From assembly GCA_963977015.1 (NCBI GenBank), contig CAXBMO010000001.1, forward strand, positions 160,001-224,000: a stretch of DNA of 64,000 bases, written 5' to 3'. Of the stretch, positions 18,962-28,532 are shown piece by piece. The notes beneath the pieces were generated by a model. That model had not been told where the DNA came from, searched no databases, and worked only from the letters and a program-made list of their open reading frames with translations. Source of the DNA: an uncultured bacterium. GTDB taxonomy: Bacteria; Verrucomicrobiota; Verrucomicrobiia; Verrucomicrobiales; DEV007. Made by a program: the position numbers and the translations under genes. Each line of letters starts with the position of its first letter. The first letter of the stretch is position 1.

Positions 18962-20503
18962 ATGCTGACTCGGGTCTACAGCGCTGCTCTGAATGGTGTG
19001 GATGCCATTGAAGTCGAAATCGAGGTCGATGAGCGTCGTAGCCGGAGCTTTCAGCAGGTGATTGTCGGGTTGCCGGACGCGGCGGTTCGGGAAAGTCGGG
19101 ATCGCGTCTTAACGGCATTGGCGAATTCCAAGCTCAATTTTCCGAAAGGGCATACCACCATCAACCTCGCTCCCGCGAATTTGAAGAAGGAAGGTCCCAG
19201 TTTTGATCTACCCATTGCCTTGGGAGTTGCTGCGCTGATGGATGAGGATTTCAACGATGATGCGTTCGATAAATGCACCATTGTTGGGGAGCTGGCTCTG
19301 AATGGGCGGGTTCGCCCCGTAAATGGAGTGCTGTCCCTGACCCTTGAGGCAAAGCGAAAGGGGCGGAAAGCGATGCTGGTTCCGCAGGAGAACGCCGCTG
19401 AGGCCTCGGTTGTCGAGGGCATCTATGTCTATGGAATCCCGACCCTGAATGACGCGGTAGCGCTCCTCAAGGGGGAGGGGAATATCAAACCGCAGAAGTT
19501 GGATCGGCAGGCCTTTTTTGGAGAGCGCAGCGTATACGACGTCGATTTCGCGGATGTGAAAGGGCAGCTTCATGCGAGGCGAGCACTGGAAGTGGCGATT
19601 GGTGGGGGACACAACGCGCTTCTCGTTGGTCCTCCGGGAACGGGCAAATCCATGATGGCCAAGCGGACGGTGACCATTATGCCGCCGATGACCGAGGAAG
19701 AGGCGATTGAAACGACCAAGATTCACAGTGTGGCCGGATTTTTGGAGAAGGACTCTGGATTTGTCGCGACCAGGCCGTTTCGCAGTCCTCATCACACGAT
19801 TTCCGACGCCGGTCTCCTTGGTGGGACGAGCAATCCGTCGCCCGGTGAAGTGAGTTTGGCTCACAACGGTATTTTGTTTTTGGACGAGCTTCCCGAATTT
19901 CGCCGATCGACCCTCGAGGTGATGCGACAGCCGCTGGAAGATGGCAGAGTCACGATATCGCGAGCGGCCGCCACGTTCACGTTTCCGAGTCGATTCAATC
20001 TCATTGCCGCCATGAATCCCTGCAAATGCGGTTATCTCGGCGATCCAAAGCGGGACTGCTCTTGTTCTGCCGCCGAGATTGAAAATTATCGAAACCGGAT
20101 TTCGGGCCCGCTCCTGGACCGAATTGACCTCCACGTTGAAGTTCCCATGGTCGATTACAAAGAGTTGGCCGCGGAAGAGCGTGGTGAGAGTTCCGAAAAA
20201 ATCCGTGAGCGAGTCATCCGTTGCCGTGAAATCCAGTTGGAACGCTTTTCCTCAGTCCCCGATACAACGTGCAACGGGGCGATGCCACCCAAAGTGATGC
20301 GTCAGCATTGCCGCTTGGATTCCAAGTGCAGCAAAGCCTTGGACGATGCGATGGAGCGCTTGAACTTCAGTGCCAGGGCCCACGATCGAATTCTGAAAGT
20401 GGCCCGGACGCTGGCGGATTTGGAGGCTTCTCCCCATATTCGCGAGGACGATGTTCTGGAGGCGATTCAGTATCGGACGTTGGATCGCCAGTTGTGGCGG
20501 TGA
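18962..20503 (+). CDS. comM: YifB/ComM Mg-chelatase-like AAA+ ATPase
   Basis: IVGLPDAAVRES, NLAPA, GPPGTGKS, PFRSPHHT, LFLDELPEF, AMNPCKCG. Confidence 0.95.
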   Translation: MLTRVYSAALNGVDAIEVEIEVDERRSRSFQQVIVGLPDAAVRESRDRVLTALANSKLNFPKGHTTINLAPANLKKEGPSFDLPIALGVAALMDEDFNDDAFDKCTIVGELALNGRVRPVNGVLSLTLEAKRKGRKAMLVPQENAAEASVVEGIYVYGIPTLNDAVALLKGEGNIKPQKLDRQAFFGERSVYDVDFADVKGQLHARRALEVAIGGGHNALLVGPPGTGKSMMAKRTVTIMPPMTEEEAIETTKIHSVAGFLEKDSGFVATRPFRSPHHTISDAGLLGGTSNPSPGEVSLAHNGILFLDELPEFRRSTLEVMRQPLEDGRVTISRAAATFTFPSRFNLIAAMNPCKCGYLGDPKRDCSCSAAEIENYRNRISGPLLDRIDLHVEVPMVDYKELAAEERGESSEKIRERVIRCREIQLERFSSVPDTTCNGAMPPKVMRQHCRLDSKCSKALDDAMERLNFSARAHDRILKVARTLADLEASPHIREDDVLEAIQYRTLDRQLWR

Positions 20504-20556
20504 ATTGAAGCCCTCTTTCAAATTGCAAAGTAGTTAAGAAAACCTTACTAAGTGGC

Positions 20557-20970
20557 ATGTCGAATGGAACTTGGATTGCGTTTGCTGCGATTGGTCTCGT
20601 TTTCTTCTGGCTCTACAAGTCTGAGCCGGAACCCTACACGCCGTCGAGCGGTGCTGGATTGGTCGAAATCACGCCGGCCAATTTCCAACCTCTCGTGATG
20701 CAGAGCTCCCAACCGGTTCTGGCCTATTTCTGGGCGAGTTGGTGAGGACCGTGCAAACGCGCTTCACCGTTGGTGAAGCAGGCAGCTGGTAAAATTGGAC
20801 CTTCAGGAATTGTGGCGATGATCAATGTCGATCAGAATCCGGAAGCGGCTCGAGCCTTTCAGGTTCGGGGAATTCCCCACCTCGTAGTCATCAAAAACGG
20901 CCAGAAAGTGGAACAGATTCGCCCTGACAACGCGGAACGAATCGCGGCCGCTTTCCAGAAGCACTTCTAG
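20557..20970 (+). CDS. Membrane-anchored thioredoxin with in-frame TGA at the catalytic position (putative selenoprotein, W-U-G-P-C)
   Basis: ORFs 20557-20745 and 20770-20970 are in one frame: ...VLAYFWASW-TGA(20743-20745)-GPCKRASPLV...INVDQNPEAARAFQVRGIPHL. Confidence 0.85.
20761..20779 (+). promoter_or_regulatory. Candidate bacterial SECIS hairpin
   Basis: Perfect 8-bp stem gcttcacc-gtt-ggtgaagc; the loop starts with G and lies 23 nt after the UGA. Confidence 0.65.
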
Positions 20971-20974
20971 TAGT

Positions 20975-23900
20975 TTAGTAAGCCAGATTGGGGCTGAGCC
21001 ATCTCTCGACCTCTTCGATGCTCATGCCCTTGCGCTTCGCATAGTCTTCGACCTGATCTTTGTTGATCTTTCCGACGCCAAAGTAGCGGGCGTCCGGGTG
21101 GGAGTAGTAGATTCCGCTGACGCTTGCCCCGGGATGCATCGCCATGCTTTCCGTGAGGCTCACTCCGGTTTTGCCGGTCGCTTCCAGAATGTCGAAGAGA
21201 ATTGGTTTCTCCGTGTGATCGGGACATGCCGGATATCCTCCCGCTGGACGAATGCCGCGGTATTTTTCGCGAATCAGGTCATCGTGGTCGAGGTTTTCGT
21301 CTTTGCCGAATCCCCAATCTTCGCGCACGCGCTTGTGGAGAAACTCAGCAAAAGCCTCAGCCAACCGGTCCGCCAATGCCTTTGCCATGATTCCCTGATA
21401 GTCGTCATGGTCCGCTTGAAACTCGGCGGCAAACTCGTCGGCGTTGTGCCCGGCCGTGCAGACAAATCCGCCCAGATAGTCCGTTCGTCCCGAATCCTTG
21501 GGCGCGACGAAGTCGGCAAGAGCAAAGTTGGGCTTGTCCTTCTTTTCCATCTGTTGGCGAAGCGTGTGAAATGTGGTCACGACTTCGCCGCGGCTTGTAT
21601 CACCGTAAACTTCGATGTCGTCACCGACGCTGTTTGCGGGCCAGAAACCGTAAATCCCTTTCGCGCCAAAAACCTTCTCATCGACGATTCGGTTCAGGAG
21701 TTGCTGGGCATCATCGAAGAGTTTCTTGGCTTCTTCCCCAACATATTCGTCCTCGAAAATCGCCGGGTAGCGACCGCGGAGTTCCCAAGTGTGGAAGAAG
21801 GGGGACCAATCAATGAACGGAACCAATTCCGACAACTCGGGCTCGACCACCTTCACGCCGACAAAGTTTGGTTCGGCGATTTCCTGCGTTTCCCAATCGC
21901 AGGTGAAACGTCGTTCGCGGGCCGTCTTGATGGGAAGAAGTTTCTTGGCTTCGCCCTTCGCCGCGAATTTTTCTCGAAGGTCCACATGGCGCGCTTCGTT
22001 CTTCTCGACAAACGCGTCGTGTCCATCTTCGCTCAGCAACGAGCTAACCACCGGAACAGAACGAGAGGCGTCCAGAACGTGCACCACCGAGTGATTGTAG
22101 TGGGGGGCGATTTTGATCGCGGTGTGAGCCGGGCTTGTTGTGGCTCCACCAATGAGGAGCGGAATGTCGAATCCTTCGCGCTTCATTTCGGCCGCGACAT
22201 GCATCATTTCGTCGAGCGATGGTGTGATCAATCCGGATAAGCCGATGATGTCCGCGTTTTCTTCTTTGGCACGGGCAAGAATGTCGGCACTCGGAACCAT
22301 TACGCCCATGTCAATCACATCAAAGCCGTTGCAGCCTAACACGACACCTACGATGTTTTTGCCGATGTCGTGAACGTCGCCTTTGACCGTCGCCATGATG
22401 ATCTTGCCGGCCGACTTCTGGTTCGGGTTCGCCTTTTTCTCTTCTTCCATCAATGGCGTCAGCCAGGCCACGGACTTCTTCATCACGCGTGCAGACTTCA
22501 CCACTTGGGGAAGGAACATCTTTCCGGCGCCAAACAGATCGCCGACGATGCTCATCCCATCCATGAGCGGACCTTCGATGACCTTGAGCGGACGCCCATA
22601 TTTTGCGAGCGCCTCTTCCGTGTCTTCATCGATGAAGTCGGTGATTCCCTTCAAAAGTGCATGTTCAAGCCGCTTCTCGACCGTGTCCTCACGCCACTTC
22701 AGGTCGACTTCCTGTTTCTTCCCGGCCTGCCCTTTGAATTGCTCCGCGTAGTCGATGAGGACGTCGGTTGCACCGGAATTCCGGTTCAAAAGCACGTCCT
22801 CGACTTTCTCGAGAAGATCTTTTGGAATCTCGTCGTAAACCTCCAGCATTCCCGCGTTCACGATGCCCATGTCCATTCCGGCTTTCGTCGCGTGATAGAG
22901 GAACGCGGAATGCATGGCTTCACGAACAACGTTGTTGCCGCGAAAACTGAAGGAAATATTGGAAACGCCGCCGCTGACCTTGGCGCCCGGAAGGTTTTCC
23001 TTGATCCAACGCGTCGCATTGATGAAGTCGACCGCATAGTTGTTATGCTCCTCCATCCCGGTCGCGACCGTGAGAATGTTGGGGTCGAAAATGATATCCT
23101 GCGGATTGAAACCGACTTCATCGACGAGAATTCGGTAGGCGCGTTCACAGATCCGGATCTTCTCTTCGTAGGTTGCGGCCTGACCTTTTTCGTCGAATGC
23201 CATCACCACGACAGCGGCGCCATATTTCATGACCTTGCGGGCCGATTCCCTGAATTTTTCTTCACCCTCCTTGAGTGAAATGGAGTTCACGATTCCCTTT
23301 CCCTGAAGGCATTTCAGACCGGCCTCGATCACTTCCCATTTCGATGAGTCGACCATGATGGGGACCGCCGCGACGTCAGGTTCGCCCTGAAGGAGCTTCA
23401 GGAAGTCTGTCATCATTTCAGCCCCATCGATCAGGCCTTCATCCATGCAGATGTCGATGACCGGAGCTCCATTTTCGACCTGTTGGCGAGCCACACTGAC
23501 CGCATCTTCGAGTTTGCCCTCTTTGATGAGTTTGCGAAATCTCGGGGAGCCGGCAACGTTCGTGCGCTCACCAATCATGAGGAAATTCTTGTCCTCGGTG
23601 TGATTGTAAACGTCCGAGCCCGCCAACCGGAGAATGGGCTCGGCTTTCGGCAATGGTCTCGGGGCTCTGCCTTCAAGGGCCTTCGCAATTGCTGCGACGT
23701 GTTCCGGAGTGTTGCCGCAGCAACCGCCTGCAAAGTTCAGGAAGCCGGAATCGGCAAAGTCCGTCATGCATTCCCCCATATCGTCCGGGAGGAGGTCAAA
23801 GCCGGTTGGTGCCAGGGGATTGGGCATTCCGGCATTGGGATAGGCTGAAACATAAGTTTCACACCGTGAACCCAATTCTTCCAGAAATGGGCGCATTTTG

Positions 23901-24736
23901 TCCGGGCCGAGAGAGCAGTTCAACCCAACCGCCAGCGGCTTGACGTGGGCAACCGAGTTCCAGAGTGCTTCAACGCGTTGCGCGGAGATCATGGTCTCGC
24001 CTCCCATTCCGACGGCCGCGGAAACAATCACGGGCAGTTCGATGCCGTCCTTGTCGAAAATGTCTCGAATCGCGACCAGCGCGGCTTTCGAATTCAGGGC
24101 GTCAAAAATGGTTTCGACCATCAGAATGTCCGCGCCTCCCTCGATCAGGGCGCGGATTTGATGCAGATAGCTTTGATAAACCTGGTCGAACGTCACGGTC
24201 CGGAAGCCCGCATCCTCGGCATCGGGTGAAACCGACAACGAAACCGTCATTGGACCGATGGCGCCCGCTACATACCGCTTGCGCCCAGTATCGGATCCAA
24301 TCTCGTCGGCCCACTTTCGGGCCAGCTTGACGGATTCGACATTGATTTCCCAAGCGAGGTCATTGAGGAACTGGTCTTCAATCACCTCCTGATAAAATTC
24401 GGGATCTTTCCGGCCTCCGATCTCTCGGGGATCCTGTTTGAAAAACTCGCTCTGGGCGATGGATGTTCCCGAGAAGGTGTTGGTCTCGACAATGTCCGAA
24501 CCCGCCTCGTAAAACCGTTTGTGGATGTCGCCGATCGTCCCGGGTTGGGTGAGGCTGAGGATGTCTCCGTTATTCAGGAGGTCTTTGGGCGCGTCCTTGA
24601 ATCGAGCGCCTCTCGCATCCGTCTCTGAGTGTCCGTAGCCCCGAATGGTTGTTCCCATGGCCCCGTCCAAGATGAGAATGCGTTCATCGAGAGCTTTTTT
24701 GAGTTCCCGGGTGATATTGGATTCAGCTTCGGACAT
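20975..24736 (-). CDS. metH: Cobalamin-dependent methionine synthase
   Basis: [50 protein letters not shown]. Confidence 0.99.
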   Translation of the reverse strand: MSEAESNITRELKKALDERILILDGAMGTTIRGYGHSETDARGARFKDAPKDLLNNGDILSLTQPGTIGDIHKRFYEAGSDIVETNTFSGTSIAQSEFFKQDPREIGGRKDPEFYQEVIEDQFLNDLAWEINVESVKLARKWADEIGSDTGRKRYVAGAIGPMTVSLSVSPDAEDAGFRTVTFDQVYQSYLHQIRALIEGGADILMVETIFDALNSKAALVAIRDIFDKDGIELPVIVSAAVGMGGETMISAQRVEALWNSVAHVKPLAVGLNCSLGPDKMRPFLEELGSRCETYVSAYPNAGMPNPLAPTGFDLLPDDMGECMTDFADSGFLNFAGGCCGNTPEHVAAIAKALEGRAPRPLPKAEPILRLAGSDVYNHTEDKNFLMIGERTNVAGSPRFRKLIKEGKLEDAVSVARQQVENGAPVIDICMDEGLIDGAEMMTDFLKLLQGEPDVAAVPIMVDSSKWEVIEAGLKCLQGKGIVNSISLKEGEEKFRESARKVMKYGAAVVVMAFDEKGQAATYEEKIRICERAYRILVDEVGFNPQDIIFDPNILTVATGMEEHNNYAVDFINATRWIKENLPGAKVSGGVSNISFSFRGNNVVREAMHSAFLYHATKAGMDMGIVNAGMLEVYDEIPKDLLEKVEDVLLNRNSGATDVLIDYAEQFKGQAGKKQEVDLKWREDTVEKRLEHALLKGITDFIDEDTEEALAKYGRPLKVIEGPLMDGMSIVGDLFGAGKMFLPQVVKSARVMKKSVAWLTPLMEEEKKANPNQKSAGKIIMATVKGDVHDIGKNIVGVVLGCNGFDVIDMGVMVPSADILARAKEENADIIGLSGLITPSLDEMMHVAAEMKREGFDIPLLIGGATTSPAHTAIKIAPHYNHSVVHVLDASRSVPVVSSLLSEDGHDAFVEKNEARHVDLREKFAAKGEAKKLLPIKTARERRFTCDWETQEIAEPNFVGVKVVEPELSELVPFIDWSPFFHTWELRGRYPAIFEDEYVGEEAKKLFDDAQQLLNRIVDEKVFGAKGIYGFWPANSVGDDIEVYGDTSRGEVVTTFHTLRQQMEKKDKPNFALADFVAPKDSGRTDYLGGFVCTAGHNADEFAAEFQADHDDYQGIMAKALADRLAEAFAEFLHKRVREDWGFGKDENLDHDDLIREKYRGIRPAGGYPACPDHTEKPILFDILEATGKTGVSLTESMAMHPGASVSGIYYSHPDARYFGVGKINKDQVEDYAKRKGMSIEEVERWLSPNLAY

Positions 24737-24798
24737 GGATATGATGTTAGATGGAAGTATTTGCCCTAAAAAACGCCTTCCTCAAGATCAAATATCGA

Positions 24799-24820
24799 CA
24801 TATCAAGATATCTAGATATG
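24799..24820. promoter_or_regulatory. 22-bp near-perfect palindrome upstream of metH (SahR-like operator)
   Basis: catatcaagatatctagatatg with one mismatched pair, 62 bp from the metH start. Confidence 0.65.
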
Positions 24821-24945
24821 AAAATTTGGTTCAATCTGCGGGTGTAACCGCGGAAAAGATCTAAAAAATTAAGCAATTGACATGCGCATTACTTCTTGCG
24901 CTATACTCTCGGCCTCTTCCCAACCTTTTATTTTAATTCGCACGA

Positions 24946-25692
24946 ATGAGCGACTCCGCAAACCAGCCGCCCCGCCCCACAAACAAGACTTCGACAGTTC
25001 CTCTCAAAAAGGAGACTGTGCGGATTACGCTAAAGGCAAAGCCCGGTGAAGGTGCCGGCCCTGCAACTCCAGCAGCCGTTCCACCGCCAAGACCAGCGGG
25101 TGCTGTTCCTGCTCCGGTTCCGACGGCCCCCAAACCAGCCGCTCCAAAACCGGGAGGCATTCCAGCTCCTGCTCCACCAAGGCCAGCTGGCGCGGTCGCT
25201 CCCCCACCGGCCGGTGGGGCTCCAGCTCCAAAGCCTGCACCTCTTCCGACGGCTCCAAAGCCAGCCGCTCCAGTGGGGGCGAAGACGATTCCGTTGGCGA
25301 AGCCACCAGCACCCGGTGGCGGGATCCCTGCTCCGGCGCCAAAAACCGCTCAACTTACTCCCGCTCCCAAAGCTCCCACAGGTGCACGGACCATTCCTTT
25401 GGCCAAAGCGCCTGGTGTTGGTCCTGCGACACCAGCGCCCGGCGGAGCAACTCCGCTGCCCAAGGCCACGGTAAAGCTTCAAAAAACGCAGCCAATGTCA
25501 AAGGGGGCGCCGACCACGGCCCTCAAGCCACCTTCGGCTGCTGGTGCTGCAGCCACGGCGTTTGATGATGACGAGTACGAATATGAAGAGTACGAAGAAG
25601 AAGCCGGTTTGATGCCTTTCGCAGTGATCGTGCTGATTCTTGCCGTGATCGTCCTGTTGATTGAGCTGTTTACCAAATTCAGCGGATCCTAA
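24946..25692 (+). CDS. Pro/Ala-rich disordered protein with acidic patch and C-terminal TM anchor
   Basis: KKETVRITLK motif, PAPKP/TIPLAK repeats, DDDEYEYEEYEEE, terminal hydrophobic helix. Confidence 0.85.
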   Translation: MSDSANQPPRPTNKTSTVPLKKETVRITLKAKPGEGAGPATPAAVPPPRPAGAVPAPVPTAPKPAAPKPGGIPAPAPPRPAGAVAPPPAGGAPAPKPAPLPTAPKPAAPVGAKTIPLAKPPAPGGGIPAPAPKTAQLTPAPKAPTGARTIPLAKAPGVGPATPAPGGATPLPKATVKLQKTQPMSKGAPTTALKPPSAAGAAATAFDDDEYEYEEYEEEAGLMPFAVIVLILAVIVLLIELFTKFSGS

Positions 25693-25715
25693 GTCCCATT
25701 TCCAATTCTGAAGTC

Positions 25716-25793
25716 ATGCCATTTGCTCTCATCCTCCTGCTCGTATCCCTCGCTGTCCTGCTTATCGAGGTGATGACGATGCTTAATTCCTAG
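25716..25793 (+). CDS. 25-aa single-TM microprotein paralogous to the upstream gene's tail anchor
   Basis: MPFALILLLVSLAVLLIEVMTMLNS vs MPFAVIVLILAVIVLLIELFTKFSGS: 12/25 identical, ungapped. Confidence 0.7.
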   Translation: MPFALILLLVSLAVLLIEVMTMLNS

Positions 25794-25926
25794 GACTTTC
25801 CGTTCGGGTTTTTGAGATTCTCGTCTGCAATGCCAATCACTGGGCCTTGACAGGGCGCAGTAATTCCTGATCATGATGCTCGCTTCCAGTCTGTAAGCTG
25901 GAACGCATACGAACCGACACAAGATC

Positions 25927-26253
25927 ATGGCAAATTTAATCGAACTTAATGCAGAGAACTTCGCTCAAGAAGTGGAACAAAGTGACGTACCGGTTCTCGT
26001 TGATTACTGGGCTTCCTGGTGCGGACCTTGCCGCATGATTACTCCTATTCTTGAAGAGCTTTCTCAAGATGTCGGTGACAAATTCAAGATCGCGAAGGTC
26101 AATGTCGATGAGCATCAGGACCTCGCTGCTAAATTCGGCGTTCGCAGCCTGCCGACCCTCCTCTTCTTTAAAGGCGGAGAAGTTAAAGACACCGTAGTTG
26201 GCGCAGGAACTCCAAAAGCAGGGCTCCTTCAGAAGCTCGAAGCGCTTGCCTAG
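25927..26253 (+). CDS. trxA: Thioredoxin
   Basis: VLVDYWASWCGPC; FGVRSLPTL. Confidence 0.98.
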   Translation: MANLIELNAENFAQEVEQSDVPVLVDYWASWCGPCRMITPILEELSQDVGDKFKIAKVNVDEHQDLAAKFGVRSLPTLLFFKGGEVKDTVVGAGTPKAGLLQKLEALA

Positions 26254-26282
26254 GCTTTAGAACCCATTTGATCAATTCGGAA

Positions 26283-26324
26283 GCACCTGTGAAGGCTGGT
26301 TCGCCAATTTTCACAGGTGTTTTT
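26283..26324 (+). terminator. Intrinsic terminator of trxA
   Basis: gcacctgtgaa / ttcacaggtgt stem followed by tttt. Confidence 0.7.
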
Positions 26325-26396
26325 GCGTACCTATTCTTATGGGGGCTGGAAGAAGGGGATCTGAATGAGGTTCTTTCCGCCAATTTCTCATGCGTC

Positions 26397-26567
26397 AAAA
26401 AGAAAACAGGCGCGCCTCTGGGGAGAGGCACGCCCGTAAGCCACGCGCACAATTCAACACTTTTTTGAAGAACCCGATATCCACTGAAGGGAGCTAAGTC
26501 CGGTTCGGTGTTCCTCGGGAAAATTTTCAGCGGCTATCCCGGCTCACCCGGTTTTTGCTGCTTTCAC
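26397..26567 (-). ncRNA. Putative small RNA, sibling copy 2 (5' end estimated)
   Basis: Inverted copy of 9249-9377 with a 72-nt identical core and the same terminator. Confidence 0.75.
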
Positions 26568-26573
26568 AATAAC

Positions 26574-26601
26574 AAGCGAACCAGTTTGGGCCTTTTGTTT
26601 A
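26574..26601 (-). promoter_or_regulatory. Putative promoter TAAACAAA-N14-TCGCTT upstream of sRNA copy 2
   Basis: Minus strand taaacaaa-aggcccaaactggt-tcgctt. Confidence 0.55.
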
Positions 26602-26699
26602 AAAATGTGACAAAAAAGGAAAAAACCTTTTCGAAGACGGTTAGGGCGTTTTGAGAGGTGGTGTAAATAACCAGTGCCTGAAGGTTCACCAAAATTGCC

Positions 26700-27509
26700 C
26701 TAGAGCCACACATTGCTGCCGGCCACATCGGAACTCCAAGGTTTTGCGGTGTTCCGCAAAACGGCTTTCACCAAGGGGGCGCTCAAGTCGGGATACTTGG
26801 AAAGGAGTTTGGCAATCAGCCCGCTCATTCGCGGGGCAGCGTAGCTGCTCCCGGTGACCGTCTTCCACCCTCCATCCAACCAGGGAACGGGAACTTTTTC
26901 GCCACGCGCAAAGAACTCCACCATCTGGCCGGAACGGTAGTGGAAGTCGTCACCTTCGATTCTGCCCATGTTAACCGCTATGACGCTAGGGAAATGCGAT
27001 GGCCACTCCGCGCGAGTGTAGTTGGTGTTGTTGCAGGCCGTAACGATATGCACATCGGCTAGGTAGGCTTTGTCGATCCATGTCTTGAAATAGCGGAAAA
27101 TCGACGGCCGGGCAGGAGTTCCGAAGCTGCAATTGATGATGTGATAGCCTTGATCAATCGCCGCTTGAACCGCCGTTTGCAGGTAGGCCGCTTTTCCGGC
27201 GGTTTGGCCTTCGGTAACCTGCAAGACTTTGAAACTTCCGAGTTCAGCTTCTGGCGCGACCTGATGAATGAGATGGGCAATCGCGGTTCCGTGCCCAAAT
27301 GCGTCTCCGCCTTTGTCTTCCTCGATTTCCATACCCAGATCCGTTTCGATGACAGCATACTGATCGACGATCGGAACGTCTTTCAGGACTGGGTGGGAAG
27401 TGTCGATTCCTGAATCAAGAATCGCAACTTTGATGCCCTTGCCCGTCCCATCCGCCAGTGCTTTTCTGGCCTGGGAGGGGGAAATCCAGGGGAGATTCGG
27501 CTTAGGCAT
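26700..27509 (-). CDS. Small cytoplasmic subtilase (S8)
   Basis: VAILDSGID, GHGTAIA, GSSYAAP catalytic triad; no signal peptide or propeptide. Confidence 0.92.
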   Translation of the reverse strand: MPKPNLPWISPSQARKALADGTGKGIKVAILDSGIDTSHPVLKDVPIVDQYAVIETDLGMEIEEDKGGDAFGHGTAIAHLIHQVAPEAELGSFKVLQVTEGQTAGKAAYLQTAVQAAIDQGYHIINCSFGTPARPSIFRYFKTWIDKAYLADVHIVTACNNTNYTRAEWPSHFPSVIAVNMGRIEGDDFHYRSGQMVEFFARGEKVPVPWLDGGWKTVTGSSYAAPRMSGLIAKLLSKYPDLSAPLVKAVLRNTAKPWSSDVAGSNVWL

Positions 27510-27518
27510 GGCAGGCGG

Positions 27519-28049
27519 TTATTCTTCCTCGGATTCGCGGATCGACTCCATCAGTTGGCAATCGATCAGTCGCTCAAGAACAATGGCGGAGTGCTGAAGC
27601 TCGTCCAGATCTCTCACCTCAAACTGACCTTTCTCCAATTTTACACAGGAAATTACGCCACGTGCATGGTTGGCAAAGAAAAAGGGCACCGCGATCATCG
27701 CTGCGGTCACTTGATGCATCGCTTTGTCGATGGTCTTATCATGGGAGGCATTCTTCGTGACCTCATTTTCACAAAACGGCTGGCCGCTGTGATAGACCAT
27801 GCTGACCACGCCACGCGCCAGAGGTTGACGGACGTTGGTGACGAAATCGGCAGCATTGGGGCCACTGTTGAAGATCGGAATCAAGACCTGCCCCTTCAGA
27901 TTCGCAATCCAGAGTGTTCCTTCATCCGCATTGACGCGGTTGAAACCGTTCGCAAGAACGCGACGAGCCACACTGTCAAAAGCTTCGGAAAGGCATTGCG
28001 CGGACGCAGCCTTGCCGGCGTGTTCGAACTTTCGGTTCAGAGAATTCAT
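27519..28049 (-). CDS. Stand-alone GAF-domain protein
   Basis: ADEGTLW, QPLARGVVSMVYHSGQP, IDKAMHQVTAAMIAVP, GQFEVRDL (NKFDE-like); start placed at ATG 28049. Confidence 0.82.
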   Translation of the reverse strand: MNSLNRKFEHAGKAASAQCLSEAFDSVARRVLANGFNRVNADEGTLWIANLKGQVLIPIFNSGPNAADFVTNVRQPLARGVVSMVYHSGQPFCENEVTKNASHDKTIDKAMHQVTAAMIAVPFFFANHARGVISCVKLEKGQFEVRDLDELQHSAIVLERLIDCQLMESIRESEEE

Positions 28050-28121
28050 GATCGACCCTTCTGGCTTACTGTGAGGGAAGAACTGTATTACCTGCAACTC
28101 CTCACTTCACCTTTGTGTAAG

Positions 28122-28169
28122 GGAAAGAGCGCCGGGAGGCTGGGAGGATGAACATTCGCCTCCCGGCGC
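28122..28169 (-). terminator. 12-bp GC hairpin with pyrimidine tail upstream of the GAF gene
   Basis: gcgccgggaggc / gcctcccggcgc followed by tctttcc on the minus strand. Confidence 0.5.
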
Positions 28170-28460
28170 ATGGTTGGGCAGAGATAAGTGGGAACCGCCA
28201 CGTACCGCGACTCACATGGAAAATTTGGTGCCGTGTTGGCCGGCCGAGACGCCACCTAGCGTTTCGACCGGCCATCGGGGCCTGCTGTATTGGGTGATTT
28301 TAGATTGGAAAGTCTGAAAGACTTCCCTCATCAAAATTGGGGTCTGGGAGATTTCGGATTTTGAATTACTCGCAATCACGGCTCTTTTGATCAATGACTG
28401 CGCTTTTTGTAGCCTCGGCACACTATTGAGCGCAAGCGTAAAGTAAGAAAAATGTTCAAA

Positions 28461-28477
28461 TGATCAATTTATGATCA
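28461..28477. promoter_or_regulatory. TGATCA-N5-TGATCA putative operator, copy 2
   Basis: tgatcaatttatgatca. Confidence 0.45.
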
Positions 28478-28532
28478 AAATGGCAAATGGATTGATACGC
28501 AACTTTTCGCTCTTTGAGCGGTTTATACTGTC

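Noticed and set aside
24877-24907. TTGACA...TATACT sigma70 promoter for the Pro-rich gene
   Set aside because: Spacer is 19 nt; plausible but not supportable without TSS data.
26390-26497. 35-aa ORF antisense to sRNA copy 2 (MRQKENRRASGERHARKP...), with a similar frame in 9278-9517
   Set aside because: The start codon is not shared between copies, there is no synonymous-change pattern, and the peptide is not hydrophobic like a type I toxin; the terminator polarity favours the opposite strand.
9249-26527. The 17-kb segment between the inverted repeats as an invertible or composite mobile element
   Set aside because: The content is housekeeping, no recombinase or transposase is adjacent, and each copy has its own promoter-like motif and terminator.
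28200-28235. Resemblance to a c-di-GMP-II riboswitch (GGCACC...GAG...GGTAC)
   Set aside because: The pseudoknot pairing is imperfect and the conserved 3' GCAACC segment is missing.
28300-28336. Hammerhead-like TGATGA followed by a stem on the minus strand
   Set aside because: The core reads UUGAUGA and the stem is not followed by GAAA.
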